DNA of 64,000 bases, from the NCBI RefSeq assembly GCF_036507355.1, contig NZ_AP027877.1, one strand, 5' to 3'. This document shows, one piece after another, positions 1 to 12,100 of this stretch; position 1 is the stretch's first letter, and each line of letters starts with the position of its first letter. Origin of the DNA: Escherichia coli. Its GTDB lineage: Bacteria > Pseudomonadota > Gammaproteobacteria > Enterobacterales > Enterobacteriaceae. Both the position numbers and the translations under genes were made by a program. The notes below the pieces were generated by a model that was not told where the DNA came from, made no database searches, and was given only the letters and a program-made list of their open reading frames with translations.

Positions 1-721
1 TCGCCAGCGACAGCGCCGCCAGACGCGTCAGCGACAAGGCCAGCCCGAGATTGCGTGCCACACCATCATCAAGCCCCATCAGGGTTAACGGGCGAAGTAG
101 CAATAACGTCAGCATCACGCCGCCCAGCAGCTGCGGCCATAAACGCTCAACGCCGCCCCAGTCGGTTTGCGTCAGCGTTCCAGTGCTCCACAGAAACATG
201 CTTTGCAACTGGTCATGATGGAAGATAACCAGTAATTGATTGATTGCCCCACAATAAAGGCTCACTACCAGCCCCGCGAGAATCAGCGTTACCGGCGACA
301 GCCGTTTCCCCCACGCGACGCCAAAGACAATTAAGCCAACAACACAAGCCCCTGCCAGCGCAGCAAACTGGCTCGCCATCGCACCAGGGATCGCCCAGAG
401 CGTCGTGACGGTAATCCCCAGTTGCGCGCCTGTAGCAACGCCCAACGTCGTCGGTTCCGCCAGCGGGTTACGCAGCACTTGCTGAAACAGCACGCCCACC
501 AGCCCCAGGCCCGCACCCACCAGCAGCGAAATCGCCAGACGCGGCAACAAGCTGTAGTGAAAAATCATCTGCTCGATGACGTTAATATCCGGCGACCAGG
601 CGGCCTGCGCCCACTGGCTACGCGGCAGCGCCTGCGAAAAGTTCATCCAGGTCAGCGCCGTAGCGACAATCACCAGCAGCGCCAGCAATAACGCCGGGAA
701 AAGCGCAATTCGTTTACTCAC
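1..721 (-). CDS. fhuB: Ferrichrome/hydroxamate ABC transporter permease FhuB, N-terminal part; gene runs off the window start
   Basis: Minus-strand GTG at 719-721 followed by codons for MSKRIA...; start overlaps fhuD stop (GTGA); frame open to window edge. Confidence 0.85.
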   Translation of the reverse strand, partial: MSKRIALFPALLLALLVIVATALTWMNFSQALPRSQWAQAAWSPDINVIEQMIFHYSLLPRLAISLLVGAGLGLVGVLFQQVLRNPLAEPTTLGVATGAQLGITVTTLWAIPGAMASQFAALAGACVVGLIVFGVAWGKRLSPVTLILAGLVVSLYCGAINQLLVIFHHDQLQSMFLWSTGTLTQTDWGGVERLWPQLLGGVMLTLLLLRPLTLMGLDDGVARNLGLALSLTRLAALSLA

Positions 722-1608
722 GCTTTACCTCCGATGGCGTTATCCAGAACGCGCACAAAGTGCATTGCCGAGAGCGTCGCACCATAAAACCAGACTGCAG
801 GTACGCGCTGAAAGCGTCCGGCGCGGACAAACGGCATGGCCTGCCACAGCGGGGTTGCCATTAGCGCATCCATGTCTTTGCTGTTGTCGTGATCAAAACA
901 GAGCACATCAACGTCTTTATACGCTGCCAGACGATCGATGCTGACGGCGGTACTGCCCCAGAAGTTGGTTTCCCCTTGCCAGGCATTTGGGATGCCGTAC
1001 TCATCAAGAATTTCCTGGAACAAGCTGTTTGGACCGAAGACCAACATATGGCGCGGATCGATAAGCGTCGTCAGCAATAACGGGCGTGCACCACGCTTCA
1101 CAAAGCGGGGTTTCATGCTGCGGATAAAGTCTTCATAGTGCGCTAAATGCGTTTCCGCTGCGCTTTGCAGGTTAAGTAAATCTGCCATTTCCGTCAGTGA
1201 TTTACGCGCCATCGCCAGCGGCTGTTTGCCGTCGCTGAAGTTAAATCCACGCCCCGGCGCAATACGAGCCAGCATTTCTGGTGAAGGGCCATATCCTGCC
1301 GACCAGACCATAAACGACGGTTTCATTTCGGTCAGCAGTTCAAGGTTAGGTTCTGTGCGCAAACCGACGTCAATCACCGATTCAGGTAACGGTGGTTCGC
1401 TAACCCACAGGCGATAGTTGATGGTGTCCGCCACGCCGTAAGGCACGATGCCGAGCGCCAGCAGTAATTCCACCGGCAACCACTCCAGCGCCACAATACG
1501 CGTTGGATCAATAGCCGCCGCGTGGGCGGTATTCATCTGCCATAACAACGGAGAAAGCGCCATCGCCGTTAACAGTCGACGGCGCGAAATAAGAGGTAAG
1601 CCGCTCAT
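718..1608 (-). CDS. fhuD: Periplasmic ferrichrome-binding protein FhuD
   Basis: ORF track 718..1611 (297 aa); start taken at second Met (MSGLPLISRRRLL...), signal peptide; overlaps fhuC stop. Confidence 0.9.
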   Translation of the reverse strand: MSGLPLISRRRLLTAMALSPLLWQMNTAHAAAIDPTRIVALEWLPVELLLALGIVPYGVADTINYRLWVSEPPLPESVIDVGLRTEPNLELLTEMKPSFMVWSAGYGPSPEMLARIAPGRGFNFSDGKQPLAMARKSLTEMADLLNLQSAAETHLAHYEDFIRSMKPRFVKRGARPLLLTTLIDPRHMLVFGPNSLFQEILDEYGIPNAWQGETNFWGSTAVSIDRLAAYKDVDVLCFDHDNSKDMDALMATPLWQAMPFVRAGRFQRVPAVWFYGATLSAMHFVRVLDNAIGGKA

Positions 1609-2405
1609 CAATAAACAAAACTCACAGGTGCAGCACCCGCCGGATGCGGCAAAATACCCATCGGGATGCCATAAATCATTTCGAGGGTTTCGCCGCGCAT
1701 AATTTCCGCAGGCGTTCCCTGAGCAATCATTTCACCGCCGCGTAGAGCGACCAGATAATCACAGTAGCGTGCCGCCATATTGATATCGTGCAGCACGGCA
1801 ATGACCGTCAGACCACGTTCCTGACTTAAACGGTGCACCAGCGCCAGCACATCAACCTGGTGGGCGATATCCAACGCCGAGGTCGGTTCGTCGAGCAACA
1901 GACAACGGCTATCCTGCGCCACCAGCATGGCGATCCACGCCCGCTGACGCTCACCGCCAGAGAGACTATCGACCAGCCGATGCGCCAGCGGTTTTAAGCC
2001 AACCAGCGAGATAGCTTCCTCAACTTTTTCGCGATCTGCCGCACCAAAGCGCCCCAGAGCGCCATGCCATGGGTAACGACCAATCGCCACCAGTTCACGC
2101 ACGGTCATCCCTTCTGCCGGAGGAAGCTGCTGCGGCAAATAAGCCACTTTGCGGGCAAACGCTTTGCTGCTCCAGCTTTCCAGCGGCTGGGCATCAAGAA
2201 GAATCTCCCCTTCTGACGGAGGCTGATGACGGCCAAGCATTTTGAGCAGAGTGGATTTACCAGAACCGTTGTGACCAATCAGACCGGTCACTTTCCCGGC
2301 TGGAAAGGTTAACGACAGCGGATGCAAAAGCGTGCGCCCGGGCACACGAAAGGAGATATTACGCAGTGCAAAAGTGGTATCGGAATGATTCGTGTATTCC
2401 TGCAT
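1608..2405 (-). CDS. fhuC: Ferrichrome ABC transporter ATP-binding protein FhuC
   Basis: ORF track 1608..2447; start at internal ATG 2403-2405 (MQEYTNHSD...); Walker A GHNGSGKST and LSGGERQR signature. Confidence 0.9.
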   Translation of the reverse strand: MQEYTNHSDTTFALRNISFRVPGRTLLHPLSLTFPAGKVTGLIGHNGSGKSTLLKMLGRHQPPSEGEILLDAQPLESWSSKAFARKVAYLPQQLPPAEGMTVRELVAIGRYPWHGALGRFGAADREKVEEAISLVGLKPLAHRLVDSLSGGERQRAWIAMLVAQDSRCLLLDEPTSALDIAHQVDVLALVHRLSQERGLTVIAVLHDINMAARYCDYLVALRGGEMIAQGTPAEIMRGETLEMIYGIPMGILPHPAGAAPVSFVY

Positions 2406-2424
2406 AACAGCCAACTTGTGAAAC

Positions 2425-2444
2425 GGGCACGGAAATCCGTGCCC
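2425..2444 (-). other. Intercistronic stem-loop between fhuA and fhuC (8-bp stem gggcacgg/ccgtgccc, 4-nt loop)
   Basis: Perfect inverted repeat read directly; only a weak U tract follows on the minus strand, so more likely an attenuator or processing site than a full terminator. Confidence 0.4.
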
Positions 2445-2455
2445 CAAAAGAGAAA

Positions 2456-4699
2456 TTAGAAACGGAAGGTTGCGGTTGCAACGACCTGACGTTCTGCGCC
2501 CCAGAAGCAGCCATAAGTGTTAAAGCAGCTGGCGACGTATTCACGATCGAACAGGTTGTTAACATGCAGCGCCACGTTGGAGCCAGCCATGCCGACTCGC
2601 GCCAGATCATAACGCACTAACGCATCCACGACCGTATAACTTCCCACTTTAAAGGAGTTAGCCGGATCACCATAGCTGGAGCCAGTATAACGACCACCGG
2701 TGCCCAGCGTCAGACCTGAAAGCGGACCGTCAAAGAAGGTATAGTCAGCCCACAGCGAAGCCATGTGTTTTGGCACCTGTGCCGGCGTATTGCCTTTATA
2801 GGTAGTATCGGTGGTGTATTCCGCATCGGTGTAGGTGTAAGAACCAACTAAGTTAACACTCGCCGATAGTGCCGCTTTCGCTTCGATTTCTACGCCACGT
2901 GCGCGGATCTCGCCACCTTCAACCGAGAAGAAGGAACCCTCAGGGTCCGCCATCAGGTTGTTGGTTTTAGTGAGATTATACACGGCACCAGTAACTACAA
3001 TCGGACGATCTTCCGGTACATATTTCACGCCGACTTCATACTGCTTACCTTTAGACGGTGCGAAAATATTACCATCCTTCCCAACTTGCGAAGAAGGTTC
3101 AAACGATTCGCTATAGCTAAAGTAAGGTGTTACGCCATTATCAAACAGGTAGTTAACACCACCACGCCAGGTAAACTGTTTGTCATCGCGTTTATCGGTC
3201 GTCCCGGCAACGCGGTTAAGAGATTCTTGATCTGCCCAGTCATAACGACCGCCCAGGGTGACCAGCACTTTATCCCACTGCGCCTGATCCTGAACATAAA
3301 CGCCCGTTTGTTTCTGTTTATTCAGAATGCGGTAAGGGCCGGAGTTTGCCGGATCTTTGGCATTGAAGTCGAAATCGGTATTCACCGGATTGTACAGATT
3401 GAGCAGTGGCACAGAGTCGTCGTAACCAAACCAGGCGTTGATGTCATTACGCATACGCATAAAGTCGACACCGGTCAACAGGGTGTGGTCGATATCGCCA
3501 GTGGCAAACTTGCTCTGCAACTGGGTATCAACAGAGAAATTTTGCAGCTTCTCATCATCAACGACGTATTTACGCGCCAGATAATGGCCTTTATCCGCTG
3601 GCGCTAATGCCGCACACTGTTTGCTGTAAGCATTCGCTGGATCGGAGCAGACGCCGTAACCATAAACGCTGTTTTGCGAGGTTTTGTTTTCAGCAAAGCG
3701 CAGGTTCTGACGCACAGTAAAGGTGTCGTTAAATTCGTGATCGAAGCTGTAGCCCACCATCTTCTCATTACGAGAATAGGTGTTGTTCTTCGCCCCTTCG
3801 TTAAAGTCTGTCGGCAGACGCTTACCGTTCGGCAGCGGCTCAACGGTTCCCTCTTTCGGCAACCAGCCGTAATAACCCGTTTCCGGCTCGTTCTGGAAGT
3901 AAGAGAGGAAGGTGAAATTGGTTTTATCATCCGGACGCCAGGTGAACGCCGGTGCAATAGCATAACGCTGCTCTTCTGACCCTTTCTGCTGGGCATTGGC
4001 AGAACGCGCAAGACCGGTCAGGCGATAAGAGTAAACGCCGTCATCATCCAGCGCATCGCTAAAGTCAAAACCAGTCTGGAACAGGCTGTCAGTACCGGCT
4101 TTAAACTGAACTTCTTTCAGCGGTTCGGTGGTCGGACGCTTGCTGACCATATTCAACAGACCGCCAGGACTGCTTTTACCGTAAAGCACGGAAACCGGGC
4201 CACGCATAATTTCAGCGCGTTCCAGCATATACGGATCAATGACCGCATCGTTATAGAAGTTGCCCTGCAACTTCAGGCCATTCAGATAGTTATTCTGGCT
4301 TTGGCCTTCTGCCGCAAAACCGCGAATGATCAGGTGGTCATAGGTGTTGGATGCGCCACGCGTACCAACAGAGACACCCGGCGTATAGCTAAGCGCTTCT
4401 TTCACCGACTTAGGCTGATGCAGCGCCATCTCTTCAGCGGTCACAACAGAAATAGACTGAGGTACTTTTTGAATCGGCGTATCGGTTTTAGTGCCGGTAG
4501 CTGACTGTCGCGCCGCAATAGTTGCAGCAGGCCCCCATGCGCTTTCTTGCGGCGCAGGTGCAGCGGTAACGGTGATAGTGTCTTCTTTCGGTTCAACCGC
4601 TGCCTGTGCATAAACAGACATGCCGCTAACCGCTGTGGCTACTACAACTGCGATTTTACGCAGTGAGTGTTTTGGCTGAGCAGTTTTGGAACGCGCCAT
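2456..4699 (-). CDS. fhuA: TonB-dependent ferrichrome outer-membrane receptor FhuA
   Basis: ORF track 747 aa beginning MARSKTAQPKHSLRKIAVVVATAVSGMSVYAQA (signal peptide) and ending with terminal F; recognised as FhuA. Confidence 0.95.
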   Translation of the reverse strand: MARSKTAQPKHSLRKIAVVVATAVSGMSVYAQAAVEPKEDTITVTAAPAPQESAWGPAATIAARQSATGTKTDTPIQKVPQSISVVTAEEMALHQPKSVKEALSYTPGVSVGTRGASNTYDHLIIRGFAAEGQSQNNYLNGLKLQGNFYNDAVIDPYMLERAEIMRGPVSVLYGKSSPGGLLNMVSKRPTTEPLKEVQFKAGTDSLFQTGFDFSDALDDDGVYSYRLTGLARSANAQQKGSEEQRYAIAPAFTWRPDDKTNFTFLSYFQNEPETGYYGWLPKEGTVEPLPNGKRLPTDFNEGAKNNTYSRNEKMVGYSFDHEFNDTFTVRQNLRFAENKTSQNSVYGYGVCSDPANAYSKQCAALAPADKGHYLARKYVVDDEKLQNFSVDTQLQSKFATGDIDHTLLTGVDFMRMRNDINAWFGYDDSVPLLNLYNPVNTDFDFNAKDPANSGPYRILNKQKQTGVYVQDQAQWDKVLVTLGGRYDWADQESLNRVAGTTDKRDDKQFTWRGGVNYLFDNGVTPYFSYSESFEPSSQVGKDGNIFAPSKGKQYEVGVKYVPEDRPIVVTGAVYNLTKTNNLMADPEGSFFSVEGGEIRARGVEIEAKAALSASVNLVGSYTYTDAEYTTDTTYKGNTPAQVPKHMASLWADYTFFDGPLSGLTLGTGGRYTGSSYGDPANSFKVGSYTVVDALVRYDLARVGMAGSNVALHVNNLFDREYVASCFNTYGCFWGAERQVVATATFRF

Positions 4700-4730
4700 T
4701 GGTATATCTCTGATGTAAAGTGAATGATAA

Positions 4731-4768
4731 CGTAAACGAGAATGATTATTATAAAGATAAGATAATAT
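4731..4768 (-). promoter_or_regulatory. Putative Fur box / fhuA promoter region
   Basis: AT-rich tract gagaatgattattataaagataagataatattc resembles Fur consensus GATAATGATAATCATTATC; lies 30-70 bp upstream of fhuA start. Confidence 0.45.
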
Positions 4769-4878
4769 TCGAAACGCTGGCGGGTTCGCAAGCGGTACGC
4801 AATCTGAGCGTTCCTGAAGGGTTAATAAACAACCAGATGAAAAGAAAGGGTTAATATTTTAGGTGGGATGTTATTTTA

Positions 4879-4901
4879 CCGGATGGCAACTCGCCATCCG
4901 G
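4879..4901 (-). terminator. Stem-loop downstream of mrcB (9-bp perfect stem ccggatggc/gccatccgg)
   Basis: Inverted repeat 18-40 bp past the mrcB stop; U tract on the minus strand is poor, so terminator function is uncertain. Confidence 0.3.
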
Positions 4902-4918
4902 TATTTCACGCTTAGACG

Positions 4919-7453
4919 TTAATTACTACCAAACATATCTTTAATCCAACCGGCTACACCGTCGCTGTCTTTCTGCTCTTGCTGAGCAGGTTGCTGTTGC
5001 GGTTGTTGCTGCGGCTGAGAAGACTGATCAAACGGATTGCCTGACGGTTGCTGCTGCATCTCACTCTGCTGGCACAGCGATTGCGGATCGCTGGTCCAGA
5101 CCGGCAAGACACGCATGCCACCGCTGCAAACAAAGTTGCCGTCGTAGTCCACGCCCATATCTGCAATATCTTCTGGCGGAACAAGATTCAGCGGTGTTGG
5201 CGTCTGGTTAGCCAGATAACGCTGATAAATCGACATTGCCCCGCTGGCTCCATACAGTTTGGTCGGCTGGTTGTTATCACGGCCTACCCAGGTGATGGTC
5301 ACCGTGCTGCCGTCAATGCCCGCAAACCAGGTATCTACGTTATTGTTGGTAGTCCCTGTTTTCCCTGCCAGATGCAGGTTCGGGTATTTCGCCCCAAGCT
5401 GACGACCCGTACCGCGTTGTACCACCTGCTGCATGGTCCATAGTGTCAGATACGCCGCCTGCGCCGGAACAGCGCGTTCCGCCTGCGGGAAGCTCTGATA
5501 CAGCACTTTGCCATCTTCCGCGATTACCGAACGCAGCGCAGAAAGCGGTGCACGGTTACCACCGCTGGCGATGGTCTGGAATGCCTGCGCCACTTCGATT
5601 GGCGTTAAGTTCAACGCCCCCAGCAGCATTGCCGGAACCGGATGCAACTGATCTTTCGGTACGCCCAGTTTAATCCAGGTATCCGTAACCGCAGGCAGCC
5701 CCAGCGCCATCCCCAGATTTACCGTCGGCACGTTCATCGAACGGGTCAACGCATCCACCAGCATCACTCTGCCGCTTTCGCTATAACGACGGTCATCGTT
5801 CTGCGGTGACCAGACCTGGCCATTCGGCTGACGCAGCGCAATTGGCGCATCCGCAATCCACGTATTCAGACGATAGATTTTCGGCTGGCTTAAGGCCGTC
5901 AGATAAGTCGCTGGTTTTGCAAGGGAACCAATCGAACGACGCGCCTGCATCGCACGGTTGTAGCCCGCAAACTGCGGCTCAGAACCTCCGACCATCGCAC
6001 GAACTTCACCACTAAAGCGGTCGACGACCACAATCGCAGTTTCAAGATCGCTCAACTTACGCTGTTTCTTCAGTGCAGGAATGCCTTCCACGGCGGCTTT
6101 TTCTGCCGCGTCCTGGGCCACCGAGTCAAAGGTAGTGAAGATCTTCACGCCGGAGAGATCTTTTACCTTATCGCCTAATTTCGCTTGCAGCTCCTGACGC
6201 ACCAATTGCATAAAGGCTGGCTGTGGAGAGATTACCCCACCGCGCGGCTGAACCCCCAGCGGACGCGCACTCAACATGTCATAGAGTTCTTGATCAATAA
6301 TCTGTTGCTGTTGCAGCAGACGCAGTACCAGATTACGTCGCTCCAGCGCCAGTTTCGGGTTACGCCACGGGTTGTAGATGGACGCTCCTTTCACCATACC
6401 GACTAACAGCGCCTGCTGATCGAGGCTCAATTCTTCTACCGGGCGACCAAAGTAATACAAGCTCGCCAGCGGGAAGCCGCGGATTTCGTTGTCGCCACTC
6501 TGACCGAGATACACCTCGTTCATATACAGCTCAAGAATACGGTCTTTGCTGTAACGCGCGTCCATGATCAGCGCCATGTAAGCTTCGTTCGCTTTACGCC
6601 AGTAAGAGCGCTCGCTGGAGAGGAACAGGTTTTTCACCAGCTGTTGCGTCAGCGTACTCGCCCCCTGCACCGTGCGTCCGGCTGTCAGGTTTGCCAGCAC
6701 CGCACGTCCGATGGAGTAGAGACTGATTCCATCATGCTCGTAGAAATGGCGGTCTTCTGTCGCCAGCAAAGTATCCACCAGCAAATCCGGGAAACCACTG
6801 CGCGGCACAAACAAACGCTGCTCACCGTTTGGTGAGGAGATCATGGTGATCAGACGCGGATCAAGACGGAAGAAACCGAACTGACGGTTGTTCTCCATAT
6901 TGACGATCGTCGCCAGATGATCGCCATCAAAGGTCAGACGCGCGCGCACCTGTCCTTCTTTACTGTCCGGGAAATCAAACGGACGGCGAATCATCTCAAT
7001 GCTGTTGGCCTTCACGGTAAATTCGCCAGGACGGGTCATTTTTGACACCTGACGATACTGGGTTGCCTCCAGCAGCTTCACCATTTCGTTCTTGCTGATG
7101 GTCATGTCTGGCTCAAGGTTGACCATTCGGCCATAAACTGCCGCAGGCAGTTGCCAGACCTTGCCATCAATACGGCTGCGAATTTTTTGATCGAGATAAA
7201 CGCCGTAAATGGCGATCAGCACGGCAAAAACGATAGCCAGTTTTAACAGCAGCCATAGCCAGCCGCGTTTGCCACGAGGCTTACGCCCTTTGCCTTTGCC
7301 CTTACCTTTGCGCGGCATCGGTTCTTCATCCTCATAGTCATCATAATCGTCGTAATCATCGTCATCTTCGTAACGACGACGGCTTACCTTTTGTTTGACC
7401 GGACGCGTCGGTTTCCCTTTGCGTCCAATTGGCTCGCGGTCATTCCCGGCCAT
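4919..7453 (-). CDS. mrcB: Penicillin-binding protein 1B (bifunctional glycosyltransferase/transpeptidase)
   Basis: ORF track 4919..7468; start at ATG 7451-7453 ([14 protein letters not shown]...); acidic [15 protein letters not shown] tract; recognised as PBP1b. Confidence 0.93.
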   Translation of the reverse strand: MAGNDREPIGRKGKPTRPVKQKVSRRRYEDDDDYDDYDDYEDEEPMPRKGKGKGKGRKPRGKRGWLWLLLKLAIVFAVLIAIYGVYLDQKIRSRIDGKVWQLPAAVYGRMVNLEPDMTISKNEMVKLLEATQYRQVSKMTRPGEFTVKANSIEMIRRPFDFPDSKEGQVRARLTFDGDHLATIVNMENNRQFGFFRLDPRLITMISSPNGEQRLFVPRSGFPDLLVDTLLATEDRHFYEHDGISLYSIGRAVLANLTAGRTVQGASTLTQQLVKNLFLSSERSYWRKANEAYMALIMDARYSKDRILELYMNEVYLGQSGDNEIRGFPLASLYYFGRPVEELSLDQQALLVGMVKGASIYNPWRNPKLALERRNLVLRLLQQQQIIDQELYDMLSARPLGVQPRGGVISPQPAFMQLVRQELQAKLGDKVKDLSGVKIFTTFDSVAQDAAEKAAVEGIPALKKQRKLSDLETAIVVVDRFSGEVRAMVGGSEPQFAGYNRAMQARRSIGSLAKPATYLTALSQPKIYRLNTWIADAPIALRQPNGQVWSPQNDDRRYSESGRVMLVDALTRSMNVPTVNLGMALGLPAVTDTWIKLGVPKDQLHPVPAMLLGALNLTPIEVAQAFQTIASGGNRAPLSALRSVIAEDGKVLYQSFPQAERAVPAQAAYLTLWTMQQVVQRGTGRQLGAKYPNLHLAGKTGTTNNNVDTWFAGIDGSTVTITWVGRDNNQPTKLYGASGAMSIYQRYLANQTPTPLNLVPPEDIADMGVDYDGNFVCSGGMRVLPVWTSDPQSLCQQSEMQQQPSGNPFDQSSQPQQQPQQQPAQQEQKDSDGVAGWIKDMFGSN

Positions 7454-7545
7454 GCTTTTTCTCCGCAATATTCAGGCGCAAAAGCCCGATTTTCTGTTCT
7501 TCTGTTACAAGACAGAAGAAGATATCTCTCAAAATTTGCTTTTCT

Positions 7546-7632
7546 CCCTCTCCCTGTGGGAGAGGGCCGGGGTGAGGGCATCAGCGCGCACATTACCCCT
7601 CACCCTATCCCTCTCCCCATAGGGGCGAGGGG
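7546..7632. repeat. GC-rich nested palindromic element in the hrpB-mrcB spacer (possibly boxC-like)
   Basis: Hairpin ccctctccc-tgt-gggagaggg at 7546-7566; ggggtgaggg (7569-7578) pairs with cccctcaccc (7596-7605); second hairpin cctctcccc-at-aggggcgaggg at 7609-7632. Confidence 0.5.
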
Positions 7633-7648
7633 ACTGCTCATACCCGTT

Positions 7649-10078
7649 TTACGAATACTTTTTCGTCCGTCGCGTCGGTGCCGTGTTTGCCGGGTCGTCC
7701 GGCCAGACGTGTTTGGGATAACGCCCTTTCATCTCCTTTTGCACCTCACGATACGCCCCTTTCCAGAAGGCCCCCAAATCACGCGTGATTTGCAGCGGCC
7801 TTTGGGCAGGGGAAAGCAACTCCAGCACCAGCGGCACGCGCCCCTGGGCGATCGTCGGATTGGTGGCCTCACCAAACATCTCCTGCATTCTCACCGCCAG
7901 CGCGGGCGGGTTATCTTCATGATAACGAATGGCGATCCGGCTTCCCGTCGGCACAGTGTAATGCGCAGGCAATTCACTATCCAGACGTTGCTGCATTCCC
8001 CAATCAAGTAATCCGCGTAGTGCCTGATAAATGTCGAGTGATTTCAGGCCGCGTAGTGAATGTACACCGGCCATATGTGGCAGCAGCCACGTTTCCAGCG
8101 TCCCCAACAAACTTTCAACATCAACCGCTGGCCAGTCATATTCTGGCAACCACTTTCCGGCGCATAACAAACGCAAGCGTAGCTGTTCCGCTTCCGCCGT
8201 CCAGTTGAGCACGCTTAAACCTTTATCACGGATGCCGTTAAGCATCGCCTGATGCAACTCGTCTTCTGACGGTTTCGCCAACGGCTGCACTTTCACCGTC
8301 AACTGACCGATTTGCAGCCGACGCCAGGCTTTCAGCGTACCTTGCGCGTCATCCCATTCCACGGTGTCAGATTGCTGCACCAGCTGCGGACAGCGTCGCA
8401 CTAATTCATCAATATCGACCGGTAGCGCCAGTAAAATCCGCGCATCCGGCGAGGCGCTGCCCTGCAATAATAACGGTGCGATCAACCATTCGTGGCGGCT
8501 TAGCGCGTCGTCGGCATCGAGCATCGCTCCCATGCCGTTTGCCAGTTGATAGCGTCCATCTTGCCCACGGCGGCGAGCAATGCGATCGGCAAACGCCCCG
8601 GCAAGTAGCAGCGCGATAAGCGAACTGTCTGCCTCACCGCCGCGTACGTTTAAGCGTTTTAACAGTTGCTGACTACGTTGCTGCCAGGCTGGTTGATTGC
8701 GCGAAAACGCCACGCCCAAGTCACTATTGCCCATCCGTGGCGGCTCTTCGAGAATGGCGGCAATTTTTGCCGCGGTAGCAGCTTCGTCGTCGCTCTTTGC
8801 GCTAACCAGCATTGCCGCTAAACGCGGATCGTTACCCAGCGCTGCCATTTTTTGCCCCTGCGCACTAAGCCGTTCACCGTCCAGCGCCCCCAGCATCTTT
8901 AACAGGCGTTTCGCGGCCAGTAAATTCACTGCTGGCGGTTGATCCAGCCAGCTCATCTGCGCCGGATCGCTGCATCCCCATTGCAGTAATTCCATCAGCA
9001 AACCGGAAAGATCGCTTTGTAATATTTCCGGTTCACTTTGCGCCGCGGCGCGTTCTGCTTGTTCCTTGGCGATTAAATGCAGGCAGATACCCGGCTCCAG
9101 ACGCCCGGCGCGCCCGGCACGCTGCGTCATGGATGCCTGGCTAACGCGTTGAGTAATCAGTCGCGTAAGCCCCGTGCGCGGATCAAAACGCGCCACACGC
9201 TCCTGGGCACAATCCACCACCAGACGAATACCTTCAATGGTTAAACTGGTTTCAGCAATATTGGTCGCCAGCACCACTTTGCGCATCCCTTGCGGTGCCG
9301 GGAGGATCGCTTTTCGCTGATCGTTCAGCGACAACGCGCCATACAGCGGGCAGAGCAATACATCACTGCCGATGCGCGAAGCCAGTTGTTCCTGCACACG
9401 CTGAATTTCTCCGACGCCAGGTAAAAATAACAGTAATGATCCGCTTTCCTGACGCAGCATTTCAGCGGTGGCTACCGCAACGGCATCGTCAAAACGCTGA
9501 TGCGTGGGCAGCGGTAAATAACGGCGTTCAACCGGAAACGAGCGCCCTTCTGAGATGACGACGGGCGCTTCTGGCAGCATTTGCTGCAAGCGGTCGTTGT
9601 CCAGCGTAGCCGACATAATCAGCAGTTTAAGGTCATCACGCAGACCTTGTTGCACATCGAGTAACAGCGCCAACGCCAAATCCGCCTGCAAGCTACGCTC
9701 ATGAAATTCATCAAGGATCACCAATCCAACACCGCTCAGTTCCGGGTCACGCTGGATCATCCGCGTCAGCACGCCTTCGGTAACTACTTCCAGGCGGGTA
9801 TTCGGCCCGACGCAGTTTTGCGCACGCATCCGGTAGCCAACGGTATCGCCTGGCTTTTCGTTAAGCAGCTCCGCCAGCCGTTGCGCGACATTACGCGCCG
9901 CCAGACGACGCGGCTCCAGCAGGATAATTTTCCCGTTAATGCCGGGATGCGCCAGCAGTTGCAGCGGCAGCCAGGTTGATTTCCCGGCCCCGGTCGGCGC
10001 ACTTAATAATACCTGCGGCGCACAATCGAGAGCGGTAAGTAATTCAGGTAAGACGGCAGCAACGGGCAACGACGACAC
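7649..10078 (-). CDS. hrpB: ATP-dependent DEAH-box RNA helicase HrpB
   Basis: ORF track 7649..10123 (824 aa); GTG at 10076-10078 gives the 809-aa form I recall for K-12, ATG at 10121-10123 is the alternative; helicase motif SAPTGAGKST. Confidence 0.85.
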   Translation of the reverse strand: MSSLPVAAVLPELLTALDCAPQVLLSAPTGAGKSTWLPLQLLAHPGINGKIILLEPRRLAARNVAQRLAELLNEKPGDTVGYRMRAQNCVGPNTRLEVVTEGVLTRMIQRDPELSGVGLVILDEFHERSLQADLALALLLDVQQGLRDDLKLLIMSATLDNDRLQQMLPEAPVVISEGRSFPVERRYLPLPTHQRFDDAVAVATAEMLRQESGSLLLFLPGVGEIQRVQEQLASRIGSDVLLCPLYGALSLNDQRKAILPAPQGMRKVVLATNIAETSLTIEGIRLVVDCAQERVARFDPRTGLTRLITQRVSQASMTQRAGRAGRLEPGICLHLIAKEQAERAAAQSEPEILQSDLSGLLMELLQWGCSDPAQMSWLDQPPAVNLLAAKRLLKMLGALDGERLSAQGQKMAALGNDPRLAAMLVSAKSDDEAATAAKIAAILEEPPRMGNSDLGVAFSRNQPAWQQRSQQLLKRLNVRGGEADSSLIALLLAGAFADRIARRRGQDGRYQLANGMGAMLDADDALSRHEWLIAPLLLQGSASPDARILLALPVDIDELVRRCPQLVQQSDTVEWDDAQGTLKAWRRLQIGQLTVKVQPLAKPSEDELHQAMLNGIRDKGLSVLNWTAEAEQLRLRLLCAGKWLPEYDWPAVDVESLLGTLETWLLPHMAGVHSLRGLKSLDIYQALRGLLDWGMQQRLDSELPAHYTVPTGSRIAIRYHEDNPPALAVRMQEMFGEATNPTIAQGRVPLVLELLSPAQRPLQITRDLGAFWKGAYREVQKEMKGRYPKHVWPDDPANTAPTRRTKKYS

Positions 10079-10151
10079 AAAACGCTCCAGAGGGTTAACA
10101 TTCTTCGTGCCACATTGTAGCATCGCGGTAATTCATAACCGAGTGCCTCAC

Positions 10152-11401
<1,250 letters not shown>

Positions 11402-11578
11402 TAAAGTAAGTAACTGGTTAATTTACATTCTGGTCGCGTGCGCAAATACGCTTTTCCTCACACAGTTGTCAAGTGTTACGTTTAGATAATTGCTATCCGG
11501 AAAAGCATCTGCTATTTATAGCGGCCTCATTTTTCCCCCGAACATGGGGATCGATAGTGCGTGTTAAGGAGAAGCAAC

Positions 11579-12034
11579 ATGCAAGAAGGGCAAAACCGTA
11601 AAACATCGTCCCTGAGTATTCTCGCCATCGCTGGGGTGGAACCATATCAGGAGAAGCCGGGCGAAGAGTATATGAATGAAGCCCAGCTGGCGCACTTCCG
11701 TCGTATTCTGGAAGCATGGCGTAATCAACTCAGGGATGAAGTCGATCGCACCGTTACACATATGCAGGATGAAGCAGCCAACTTCCCGGACCCGGTAGAC
11801 CGTGCAGCCCAGGAAGAAGAATTCAGCCTCGAACTGCGTAACCGTGATCGCGAGCGTAAGCTGATCAAAAAGATCGAGAAGACGCTGAAAAAAGTGGAAG
11901 ACGAAGATTTCGGCTACTGCGAATCCTGCGGTGTTGAAATTGGTATTCGCCGTCTGGAAGCGCGCCCGACAGCCGATCTGTGCATCGACTGCAAAACGCT
12001 GGCTGAAATTCGCGAAAAACAGATGGCTGGCTAA
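11579..12034 (+). CDS. dksA: RNA polymerase-binding transcription factor DksA
   Basis: ATG 11579 ([12 protein letters not shown]...), 151 aa; C4 zinc finger CESCGVEI...CIDC. Confidence 0.95.
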   Translation: MQEGQNRKTSSLSILAIAGVEPYQEKPGEEYMNEAQLAHFRRILEAWRNQLRDEVDRTVTHMQDEAANFPDPVDRAAQEEEFSLELRNRDRERKLIKKIEKTLKKVEDEDFGYCESCGVEIGIRRLEARPTADLCIDCKTLAEIREKQMAG

Positions 12035-12061
12035 TTACAGCCGTTCCATCACGTTTACCAC

Positions 12062-12090
12062 AGGCGGGAAATGCTCCCGCCTTATTTTTT
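12062..12090 (+). terminator. Rho-independent terminator after dksA
   Basis: 8-bp stem aggcggga/tcccgcct with 5-nt loop, followed by ttatttttt. Confidence 0.7.
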
Positions 12091-12100
12091 GTTCAAAGAG

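Noticed and set aside
3086-3607. 173-aa plus-strand ORF
   Set aside because: Antisense within fhuA
7391-8011. 206-aa plus-strand ORF spanning the mrcB-hrpB spacer
   Set aside because: Runs through the GC-rich palindromic element and into the antisense of hrpB; Arg/Pro-rich artefact
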